DNA of 51,441 bases from assembly GCA_031549175.1 (NCBI GenBank), contig JAVBQH010000017.1:1-51441 (forward strand), in the 5' to 3' direction. Each line of letters opens with the position of its first letter. Position 1 is the stretch's first letter. This DNA comes from Raoultibacter sp. (GTDB lineage Bacteria; Actinomycetota; Coriobacteriia; Coriobacteriales; Eggerthellaceae). The notes below the pieces were generated by a model. It was not told the DNA's origin. It worked only from the letters and a program-made list of their open reading frames with translations, and ran no database searches. The translations under genes and the position numbers were made by a program. Positions 36,222 to 45,300 of this stretch are shown piece by piece.

Positions 36222-36495
36222 TCATATTCTGGCAACCGGCAAGATGAATAATCAGATACGTCCATTGTCGCATTCGGCCCCCCTCCAACGCTAGCGTTGA
36301 GTGCCCCGACGCTGGAGGCGCCAATTAAACCCTGGTCGCTCATTGGCGAAACCAAGAAAGCATCTCCAGAGCATATCGAGGCCACTGGGCGAAATTTCCA
36401 TATATGGCGGGCAGCGCAAAAGCATTCATGGGAACTTGAGGTGTTAGACTGTCTTACTGGCAAAGAGTTTAGGTGTTATTGACTGGGATTAAGGG

Positions 36496-38382
36496 ATGAT
36501 GATAAACACAAAAAACGACTTCACAAAAATATTTATTCGATTTATAGCCACAGCAATAATGGGTTTCGGCCTTTTGCTTGTGCCCACTGGCACGGCTTAC
36601 GCTGCAACTATTGTTGTGCCGCCAGGGGTATCCGGTGATGAATTTGCGTGGGATCTGGCCTTTTGTGCACCGGGAACAGAGTTCGTCATTAATTACAATA
36701 TGGAATTGTCATCGGATTTCCTAGAAGTATATTCTGACGTCGTTCTTAGCGGTACCGGCACAATCACCGTTAAGGGAAATTTCCGCCATATTCTTGTTCG
36801 GGATGGAAAGAACCTCACAATAAACAATCTGACACTTGAAGGCGACGGCGTTGGCGGAGGCATTACCACAGCCGGCAACAATCACGTGATTCTCAATGGT
36901 GTTACCGTCGATAAATGCATAAACCAGTTTGATGGCGGTGCAGTATACGCGGGTTATGACAGTGTTTTTGATATCACCGGCTCAACATTTACCGCTAATA
37001 AGGCCGTAGACGGCGGTGCAATATTCGCCAATATGGCAACGCTCAATATCGACAGCTCAAATCTCCTAGGTAATTTAACAACGGACTTAGGCGGTGGGGC
37101 TGCAATATTTGCCAGAGAATCCGTTACTAATATTAGAAACGATACCGTTATCAAGGGCAACAGCCATGATAAAGAGGGCAAGGGGACGGTTATGATAAAA
37201 GCCGGCACCCTTACGGTCGCTGATTCGTTTTTTACGGAAAATATAGGCGATCCTATTGCGAGCGATGTTGAGAATTCGGCAAATCCCCGAGCAACCGTAT
37301 CTGTTGAAGATACGGTTATCGACAACAATGCAGGCACCGGTATTTCTTTAAACAGCACGGATGCTGAAATTACAAGTGTCGAAATAACAGAGAACACCGC
37401 AATGTTTGGCGGTGGCTCGTTTATCGGCAAAGGCTCGAATGTCGTTTTCTCTGATTGTCTGATTTCTAAAAACTCGGTGGATGCAGATGGAGGAGGCCTG
37501 TGGATAGGCGGTGGTTCCTCGGTCCAGATAAAGAACAACACGGTTATATCTAAAAACACCGCTAACTGGGAAGGCGGGGGCATCAGCATTTGGAAAACGG
37601 ACAATAATACCGGCAACGCATTATCCATGGAAGGTTCAGATGTTTTAGAAAACTCCGCTGTACGAGGCGGCGGAGGCATCTACGCCCAGGATATAGAGCT
37701 TGATCTTACTAGTTGCGGGATAAGTGAAAACTCAGTGTCTGGCACCGTAGAGGGCGGCGGCGGCATCTACGCGACCAACACCCTCGTACGCCTCAATGCG
37801 GTAACCATGGACGGCAACAATGCGGCCAGCAAAAATGGCGGAGCTATCTATGCCATGAATGGTTCCGATGTGCAGGTGTATGGGCTTTCTGCTTTCAGCA
37901 ATAATGCCGCCTTAAATGGCGGGGCAATATATTCAGCGGCCGACAAGGTGCTTTTGGATTCAACAAACGGGGGGATATCGTTTGAGGCAAATACCGCTAC
38001 CGAAGAAGGCGGCGCTATTTGGGTAAATCCATGCAGCAACGTAAAGGCGGTGCATATGTTGCCGCCATCGTTTACCAGCTTTGAGAGCTCAGGCATAGTG
38101 CCGACTTTTAAAGGCAACACAGCACGAAGTAAAGTAGTTCCTCCGGCAGATGGCCATGAGGCAAGCTTGCATGAGTTTTTCACCAATTACGATATTAACC
38201 ATGTAGGGATTTCTACACCCACGCCTATGTCGGATTCCTCTCCAAGGCCATTGGCAGAAACAGGGGATGCCGGGCCACTTGCCCTGCTGTATATAAGTTG
38301 TGCCCTGTCTTGCCTTGGGGTTTGCGTCCTTGCGTCACGAAAAATAGCCGGAGGCGTAAACGGCATTCGCTCTAGAAAGTAA
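36496..38382 (+). CDS. Cell-wall-anchored right-handed beta-helix protein with polymorphic-membrane-protein (Pmp) type repeats and an LAETG sortase signal
   Basis: The signal peptide ends in TGTAYA. Many GGA(I/V)(Y/F)...N repeats are present (DGGAVYA, DGGAIFAN, GGGIYA, NGGAIYA, EGGAIWV). The C-terminus has PLAETGD, a hydrophobic stretch and an SRK...RSRK tail, which is the LPXTG-like sorting signal architecture. Confidence 0.75.
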   Translation: MMINTKNDFTKIFIRFIATAIMGFGLLLVPTGTAYAATIVVPPGVSGDEFAWDLAFCAPGTEFVINYNMELSSDFLEVYSDVVLSGTGTITVKGNFRHILVRDGKNLTINNLTLEGDGVGGGITTAGNNHVILNGVTVDKCINQFDGGAVYAGYDSVFDITGSTFTANKAVDGGAIFANMATLNIDSSNLLGNLTTDLGGGAAIFARESVTNIRNDTVIKGNSHDKEGKGTVMIKAGTLTVADSFFTENIGDPIASDVENSANPRATVSVEDTVIDNNAGTGISLNSTDAEITSVEITENTAMFGGGSFIGKGSNVVFSDCLISKNSVDADGGGLWIGGGSSVQIKNNTVISKNTANWEGGGISIWKTDNNTGNALSMEGSDVLENSAVRGGGGIYAQDIELDLTSCGISENSVSGTVEGGGGIYATNTLVRLNAVTMDGNNAASKNGGAIYAMNGSDVQVYGLSAFSNNAALNGGAIYSAADKVLLDSTNGGISFEANTATEEGGAIWVNPCSNVKAVHMLPPSFTSFESSGIVPTFKGNTARSKVVPPADGHEASLHEFFTNYDINHVGISTPTPMSDSSPRPLAETGDAGPLALLYISCALSCLGVCVLASRKIAGGVNGIRSRK

Positions 38383-38502
38383 TACGGGCACCGGTAGGGC
38401 CGGGAAACGTAGGCTTCTTATGCGTTTTGAAGGTTGGATGCGCCTAGATGGAAGACACGGCCCCGCTCCGTTGCTCCTTGCCGTAATCGTCCGCCGGCAG
38501 AG

Positions 38503-38522
38503 AATGTTTCACGTGAAACATT
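38503..38522. other. Perfect 20-bp palindrome AATGTTTCAC|GTGAAACATT, with an extra half-site copy TGTTTCACG at 38534-38542
   Basis: Read directly from the sequence. It lies in the 275-nt gap between the convergent Pmp-like and diguanylate cyclase genes and is followed by T-rich sequence (tgttcgtcatttgttt). Confidence 0.3.
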
Positions 38523-38590
38523 TGTTCGTCATTTGTTTCACGATGCAACGTGCGGCAGCCCTCTTCTTCCTCCGGCCTTGAGGACAGGTG

Positions 38591-38621
38591 CAAAAAATGC
38601 CCCTACTATATTAGTAGGGGC
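38591..38621 (-). terminator. Rho-independent terminator of the diguanylate cyclase gene
   Basis: 10-bp stem gcccctacta (38599-38608) / tagtaggggc (38612-38621). On the minus strand it is followed by ATTTTTTG (38591-98). It lies 37 nt downstream of the stop at 38658. Confidence 0.65.
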
Positions 38622-38657
38622 GCCGTATAATCCACCGATTGTCGAACCTGAAATACT

Positions 38658-40010
38658 CTAGTCGCCTTTTTCCTCCCAGACGGCCCAACATCCTTTTCCA
38701 TTTTCTTTTGCCCGGTAAAGGGCCCCGTCGGCTTTCTTGTACAGCGACTCGAAATTATCGATGCCCGAAACCGCCTTCGCAATGCCGATTGAGAGCGTCA
38801 CCGGGCGGACGATCTCTTGCGAAAAGCTGAACGCACGCAGGTGGTCCCCGATCTTTTGGGCCCGAATCGCCGCAATCGCGCTGTCGATGTTGGAAACGAA
38901 GGCCATGAACTCGTCGCCTCCGACGCGGCCAAGAACATCCTCGCTCCGGAAGAACTTACGGAGCACGTCGCTGATCGACTGCAGCACCTCATCGCCAAAG
39001 ACATGGCCGTTCTCGTCGTTGACCTCTTTGAAGTCGTCGACATCGATCATGAACAGGTGCCCGCTTTGCGTACGACGGTCGTTGCTCAGCTGGTCGACCA
39101 CTTTCTGCTCGAAGGTCTTGCGGTTGAAGAGCCCGCACAGCGGGTCGCGCTCCGCCTCTTGGCGCAGGCGCTCCTCTTCCTTCCTGCGCTGCGTGATGTC
39201 GCGCACGCAGATGATCGCGTTGACATCGCCCTCGGGCGAAGAGGTCATGTACGCCGTGCTGCGCATCCACATCTCTTCGCCGCCTGTGGCGGGGACAAAC
39301 GGGTAGTCCAGGCTGACCTCGCGCTTCGCACTCTGGAACTCCGCCAACAGGCTCTCGATGCTAAAGGCCTCTCGGACGCGGCTGCGGTGTTCTTCCGGCA
39401 CGGTCTCAAAGGCGACGGCCGATATCTCCGAGAACTTCGTGAAGCCCTTCTGGCCGAAAAGCTGCTTGCTGACCTCGTCTTCCTCGATAATGGAATCCTG
39501 ATCCAGGTTGACTTCCCAAATGTAGTTCGCATCCCGCGTTACCGCGGCCCGGTATTGGTCGTACATGATCTCCGCCTTCTTACGCGCGGTGATGTCGTCG
39601 GAAAATGCGATGGCCTTCAGCGGGGTGCCGTCCTCCGCAAAGACCGTTTGGGCGTACATGGTAAACCACACCCAGCCCCGGTTCTCACCCATGACCCGCA
39701 TGGTGCATTCGTTTTTTGGAACCCCCGCATAGATGTCTTGGAAGAACTTCCTATACCCTTCTTCGTCTTCGGGGTGAATTATGCCGGCGGCGATAATGGA
39801 TTCGGGCGCATCGGGCATGGAGCTTGCGACTCCGGTCCAATCGCCTTCGTTATAGATTTGATTCAGGGTTTTGTTGGGAATGTCGACCACCGTTACCGTA
39901 TGGTCTGTGAGCGAAAGGGCCACCCGGTACAGTTCTTCGTTTTCGCGCAGTTTCTCGTAACTCTCTTGATACGATGCCCAGTCGTTCTCCGTAATATCAG
40001 CCAAAGCCAT
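38658..40010 (-). CDS. PAS-PAS-GGDEF diguanylate cyclase (intact active site and I-site)
   Basis: The C-terminal DPLCGLFNRKTFE...MIDVDDFKEVNDENGHVFGDEVL...RSEDVLGRVGGDEFMAF has GGDEF with an RxxD five residues upstream. Two PAS-like segments lie N-terminal. The start was chosen at ATG 40008-40010, 9 nt after GGGAGG. Confidence 0.85.
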   Translation of the reverse strand: MALADITENDWASYQESYEKLRENEELYRVALSLTDHTVTVVDIPNKTLNQIYNEGDWTGVASSMPDAPESIIAAGIIHPEDEEGYRKFFQDIYAGVPKNECTMRVMGENRGWVWFTMYAQTVFAEDGTPLKAIAFSDDITARKKAEIMYDQYRAAVTRDANYIWEVNLDQDSIIEEDEVSKQLFGQKGFTKFSEISAVAFETVPEEHRSRVREAFSIESLLAEFQSAKREVSLDYPFVPATGGEEMWMRSTAYMTSSPEGDVNAIICVRDITQRRKEEERLRQEAERDPLCGLFNRKTFEQKVVDQLSNDRRTQSGHLFMIDVDDFKEVNDENGHVFGDEVLQSISDVLRKFFRSEDVLGRVGGDEFMAFVSNIDSAIAAIRAQKIGDHLRAFSFSQEIVRPVTLSIGIAKAVSGIDNFESLYKKADGALYRAKENGKGCWAVWEEKGD

Positions 40011-40026
40011 ACATACCATCCTCCCA

Positions 40027-40076
40027 GCTATTACGTAGCTTGTTTCGGTTTTACGTTGACAGGCATGCTATTACGT
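40027..40076 (-). promoter_or_regulatory. Three TTACGT-containing direct repeats at exact 20-nt spacing immediately upstream of the diguanylate cyclase gene; two are the 10-mer GCTATTACGT
   Basis: GCTATTACGT lies at 40027, GGTTTTACGT at 40047 and GCTATTACGT at 40067. The array is 17-66 nt upstream of the start codon at 40010. The same 10-mer occurs at 31756. Confidence 0.35.
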
Positions 40077-40320
40077 TTACAGATGTGCTTCGATTCTTGC
40101 TTAAGCGTTTCGGCCCTCGTCCCACTCCCCTTCTTCTTCAGCCAAAAGCTTTTCAAATCATTTCGATATGTCCAAGGAAAAGCCCTTGTTATTGTTTGTC
40201 AAACTATAGCTTTACCAGCCGAAAATAGCAATATCGCAAAATCCCATCGAGGCCGCACACTTGGCAAGTAGCGGCGCATAGACGAAGTGTGCGGACAGGG
40301 CATGTGTGGCTGAAGTCGGC

Positions 40321-41874
40321 TCAGCCGAAAATGTCGACGGCGCCGGTTGCCACCGCAATCACGGCGACCACGAAGAGGGTCACGATGACGCCCAGGATGA
40401 TCTTGTCAGACCGCTTCTTGAAATAGGGCTCCCCCCGTTCGCGCTTCCCCTTCACATACACGAATGCCCCGGGGGCATAAAGGATCGCGGTGATGATGAT
40501 GCCGGCAAACCCCGTCGAATATACCAGGAACAGGCTGTAGACCAGGCCAACCACTCCTGCAAGCTTCCATTTCCACACGGGGCTTGAAAGATGGCCGGCA
40601 AAGCCTTCGCGTTTGAAGGCGAGCATCATGAAATAGGCAGATGAAAGCACATAGGGAATGAGTATCATCCCCACCGATACGTGATAGAAGAACTGGTAGG
40701 TGGCCGAGCTGAACAGCATCAGGATCAAGAAGAGCTGCATCACCCCTGCGGTTATCAGCAGGGTTACGATCGGGGCGCCCTTCTTGTTCACTTTGGCAAA
40801 CACCTTGGGGAAGACGCCCTCGGTCGCGGCCTCATGCGGAGTCTCCGACGAGAGCACCATATATCCAAGCATGGCGCCTGCCAGCGAAAGCACCAGGCCA
40901 CAGCTGACCAATATCCCGCCCCAAGAGCCTACCGCGTATTCGAGCACGCCCGCAAGAGAGGGGTTGGGCAAGGCGGCAAGCTCGGCACGTGGCATGACGC
41001 CCATGCTCAGTATCGATACCAACAGGTAGATGATGAACACGCAGACGAAGGAGATGATGGTTGCACGCCCGACGTCGGACGACTTCCGCGCACGGCCCGA
41101 AATCGCCACGGCTCCCTCGATGCCGATGAACACCCATATGGTCACGATCAGTGTGCTCGACACCTGCTCGAAGAATCCGGGGCCTCCCGGTTCGCCCCAG
41201 AAATTCTGGAGGAAGATACCCATGTCGAACTTCTGGGCAGCTACGATGGCGATGATCGCGGTAATGATCGGCACGATCTTGGAGATGGTTATCACCGCAT
41301 TGACACCGGTGACCTCTTTGATGCCGCGCAAGACAAGGAAGACGTAGAACCACACGACGATGGTGGCCCCGATAAGCGAGGGCAGGTTGTTTCCATCTCC
41401 GAACACGGACATGAACGGGATGAACGGCGCAAAAGTCGAAAGCGTGGAGAAGAGCAGGACCGTGTAGCTAACCGGCGTGAGCAGGGCGCTGATCCAGTAA
41501 CCCCAGGCAGAATTGAATCCCATGTAGTCGCCGAACCCGGCGCTTGCATAGCTGTAGATGCCGCCCTTGAGCTCGGGCTTCACACGGGACAAGCCGAAGA
41601 AGCACAGCATGAGGCAGAACACACCGACAAGCGAGATCACCCAGCTGACAAGCACGGCGCCGGTGTTGGCGCCTGCCGCGGCCATATCGCCGACCAGGGT
41701 GAATATCCCGGCTCCGATTATGAGGGTTATAACGGTGGTGACCAGCCTAAAAAGGTTAAGGCCTTCAGGGTTCGTTACCTCGTCGGCCAAGGTTTCGCAC
41801 ACCTTGCCTTCGATGACATCTGGAGACCCTGCGGCATCAATGGCTGTAATCTGGGTTCCCTCTGGTTCCTGCAT
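40321..41874 (-). CDS. APC-superfamily amino-acid permease, basic amino acid/polyamine antiporter (ArcD-like) type
   Basis: About 12 TM helices, with IIGAGIFTL..DMA near the N-terminus and GGIYSYA..GFGDYMGF.SAWGYW, which is typical of arginine/ornithine-type antiporters. The start was chosen at MQEPEG (ATG 41872-41874). Confidence 0.8.
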   Translation of the reverse strand: MQEPEGTQITAIDAAGSPDVIEGKVCETLADEVTNPEGLNLFRLVTTVITLIIGAGIFTLVGDMAAAGANTGAVLVSWVISLVGVFCLMLCFFGLSRVKPELKGGIYSYASAGFGDYMGFNSAWGYWISALLTPVSYTVLLFSTLSTFAPFIPFMSVFGDGNNLPSLIGATIVVWFYVFLVLRGIKEVTGVNAVITISKIVPIITAIIAIVAAQKFDMGIFLQNFWGEPGGPGFFEQVSSTLIVTIWVFIGIEGAVAISGRARKSSDVGRATIISFVCVFIIYLLVSILSMGVMPRAELAALPNPSLAGVLEYAVGSWGGILVSCGLVLSLAGAMLGYMVLSSETPHEAATEGVFPKVFAKVNKKGAPIVTLLITAGVMQLFLILMLFSSATYQFFYHVSVGMILIPYVLSSAYFMMLAFKREGFAGHLSSPVWKWKLAGVVGLVYSLFLVYSTGFAGIIITAILYAPGAFVYVKGKRERGEPYFKKRSDKIILGVIVTLFVVAVIAVATGAVDIFG

Positions 41875-42109
41875 CGTAGCCCCTCTTCCATTAGGTGCTC
41901 CTATGATAATGGAAAGGGAAAGGTGCAACCCCTGACTTATGAAAAGGTTGCTGATTCGACAATTATCCAAACGGTCATATATCCCGTTCATCGGCCACGT
42001 CTATCCGTTTTCTATGGAAAAAGTTTATATTTGAGACTGTTTCGATCCTGTTTTATGCAGCATTTCCTACAATAATGGAAGGTTTTGAGACGGCCTGGCA
42101 CGCACGTCT

Positions 42110-42137
42110 CATAAACGCTCGTGACTGAGCGTTTATG
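42110..42137. promoter_or_regulatory. Perfect 11-bp-arm inverted repeat CATAAACGCTC-gtgact-GAGCGTTTATG in the divergent permease / LRR-protein intergenic region
   Basis: Read directly from the sequence. No T tract follows on either strand, so an operator or leader structure is more likely than a terminator. Confidence 0.3.
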
Positions 42138-42333
42138 TACTGCAACTGTGGGGTGGAAATATGGGATCAAGGCAAAAATCATATCGGTTTTTCTCTTTCA
42201 GACATTTCATATTTGTGCGTAATGACAGACAGCGCTAGCTGTACTTTTGTGTTTTTACTTCAGCACGCACAATACCTACATTTGCGAGCCGAAAAGTACT
42301 CGGGCCTGTAACGTGTTCACACGCAATTTAGGG

Positions 42334-45300
42334 ATGGATGACATGGGTGGAATAACTAGCAGTAGGCAGAATGGCCGCACTAAACGGATGACCGCATTAC
42401 TACTGGCCTTGTTGATCGGCGGATCTTCGCTTATCACCGGGTTGGTAGCCTTTGCCGACGACAGTTCGGCAGAACAAGAGCACGCGACGCACGACACCTC
42501 GGGCGTTTCGCTCACAGAAGAGGCATCCGACCCTGCAGAAGGGGACGCATCTGACGCCGTCACAGACGAGGGCGCTCAAGATGCCGCCCAGGAAGGCAAG
42601 GCACCTTCGGAAAGCGCCGCGCAGGCACCCACAAACGCCTCCTTGCTTGGCGGGCCACCTCAGCTGCTTGCTGTAACTCCGAGCACATATTTTTCTCTTT
42701 CACCTGACGGCACGACTATTCTCAACTTCATACAAAACGAGGGCGACCCCATCACCGATGTCGAGATCCCCGATGAAATAGTGGCTGGCACCAAGATCAC
42801 CGCAATAGCCAATGGGGCCTTTGCCGGTAAAGGCATCACCTCGGTATCCATTCCAGAAGCCGTCACGAGCATCGGCAACAGCGCCTTCGCAAACAATCCT
42901 TTGATGGCGAGCGTGACCTTTGCGGGCACAAGCCAGCTTGCATCTATCGGAGACGAAGCCTTCAAGGATTGCATCGGCCTTTCAGGCATCACCATTCCAA
43001 TCGGCACCACCAGCCTTGGGTCCAAGGCCTTCAATGGATGCACTAGCCTTACCGCCATCGACATACCAGCGGGCATCACCAAGATCAACAACTCGACATT
43101 CGCCGGATGCTCCAACCTTGCAGCCGTCACCTTGCATGAAGGCTTGCTGTCTATCGATTCCTCCGCCTTCAACCTTTGCAGTCCCCTTACCGCTATCACC
43201 CTGCCCAGCACCGTCACTGCGCTGGGAGCAAGCGCCTTTGAGAATACGGCGCTTGCCAACATCACCTTATCAAGCAGCTTGCAAACCATCGGTGCAGGAT
43301 GCTTCAGCGCAACGAAGCTCACCTCGATCACCATACCTGCAAACGTGACGACAATTGGCAACAACGCCTTCATGCAAACGATCGCAGGCATAACCATCAA
43401 TCTGCCCGACCATTACCCTAACTCCATCGCAGGCAAGCCGTGGGGAGCCATCACCGAGAACATTTACTGGAAAAGCGTCGACAGCAGCTGCTTCTACATC
43501 ACCCCCGATGGGACCTTGGTCGGCCTCAAGCCTGCCGGACACGACGGCGGCATCTGCTCGACCGGATACCATGAGCCCGGGGCAGAGCTCGTTATCCCCG
43601 CCTCCGTAGGAGGCATCACGGTAACGGGCCTTTTGCCGAGCGCCTTCCAAGGCAACACAAACATCGTCTCGGTGAAATTCGACCCCGGCTGTACGTTTAC
43701 CACCATCGCGCCCGGGGCATTCAACAACTGTTTCAACCTGAAAACCGTGCAGCTTAATGAAGGACTTACCTCGATCGGCAGCTTTGCTTTCGCTGCCTGC
43801 TACAAGTTGGACAGCGTCAACTTCCCTTCCACATTGACGAAGATCGAGGATATCGCGTTCGCGGGAGACGGTGCGCTAAAGGACATACAGCTCAACAGCG
43901 GGCTGGAAACCATTGGCACACGAGCCTTCTTCCAGGCAAAGCCTTCCACCTTGTCTATCCCCTCGTCGGTCAAATCCATCGGCTGGGAAGCCTTTGCCGG
44001 GAACGACGACCTGACCACAGTAACCGTCGAGGGCAGCAATCCGAACCTTGCCATCGGCACAAATGCCTTTCCTGATGCGGAGAAGATGAAGGACATCTAC
44101 CTCCTCGGGTTCAACGAGGGCGCCGTCGCCGGCCAACCTTGGGGCGGCCAGTACGCCACGGTACATTGGCAGAATGGCGAATATCCACCTGAGGTTATTA
44201 TCACCCCTGATGGATGGCACTATAACCGGATAAACGGAAACATAATCAAATACGCGGGGCCATCCGGCGCGGGTGTCGACGTCGTCGTCCCCTATGAGAT
44301 CACGTCGGAGGGCAACACCTATTACGTGACGAAGCCCCTGCCTGCAGGCGTCTTGCAGACGAAGACCTTCAAAACGATCACCGTCTCCGATGGCTATACA
44401 TCGATACCGCAGGCTTTTGCCCAGAACACCATGGCAGAAAAAGTCACCCTTCCTGAAGGCCTCACAACCATCGGCGCTGGCGCCTTCGGGCCGTCGTCGG
44501 TCAAGTCGGTCAACATCCCCTCAAGTGTGCAGACCATCGGCGCTGGCGCCTTCGGCAACGCAACGGGGGCGACGATCGAGGGTGTGCTGCCGGCCTCGCT
44601 TACGACCGTCGGCGACAACGCCTTTAAAAACGTGCCCCTCAATATCGAGAACCTGCAGATTCCGGGCACGGTAAAGACCATCGGCGCTGGCGCGTTCGAT
44701 AACTGTGGACTGAAAGGAACCATCGTCATCCCGAACTCGGTCACTTCGCTGACTTTGACGTCCTTCAACAACAACCCGGGTATCAAGAACTTCGTCGTCA
44801 ACCAGTACCGGTCGACCTGCCCCTTCGCAGCATCCGGCTCCTTTATGACGGATCGTCAATGCCCCGTGCTTTACCTGGGGGAGATTCCCCAAGCCGCTGC
44901 TGAAGTCGTTGCAGACTCCTCGCTTGACAACACCCCCCTCGTCCGGGTGGACGTAAGCGCCCAGCTCCAGCTTGACCCGCTTGGGCAACCGGTAGCCTAT
45001 TTGGCCGGCATGTGGGTAAGCGACTCGGGCACCTTCGACGACCCGTCGGCACATCAGAAGCAGATATACGACTATACCGTTTCCGGCAATAAAACCGAGG
45101 CGGTTGAGAGCTGCGCTCTTCCAGCAGGCACCTACTACTTCTTTGTCAGCTCGAGCAAGATGACGAAAGACGGCGGGAAGCCTGATCCTTCGCAATACAT
45201 TCGGTTTGAGATCGTCGTTAGTTCTCCCCTGGCCCTCGATGTTGAAGGAACCGACGTCGTGCTGCTGAAAAAGGACGCCGGCACCTTCACGGCGCAGGAT

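Noticed and set aside
36282-36318. A 14-bp perfect palindrome CAACGCTAGCGTTG (36286-36299) with a competing pairing CCTCCAACG / CGCTGGAGG, downstream of the Crp/Fnr gene.
   Set aside because: The stems are short, no T tract follows, and the motif does not recur in the window. It could be a weak terminator of the regulator gene, but the evidence is too thin to call a feature.
38434-38661. A 75-aa ORF in the gap between the Pmp-like gene and the diguanylate cyclase gene.
   Set aside because: It has a non-ATG start, no RBS, a Pro/Arg-rich low-complexity translation, and it runs through the terminator hairpin of the opposite gene. It is most likely non-coding.
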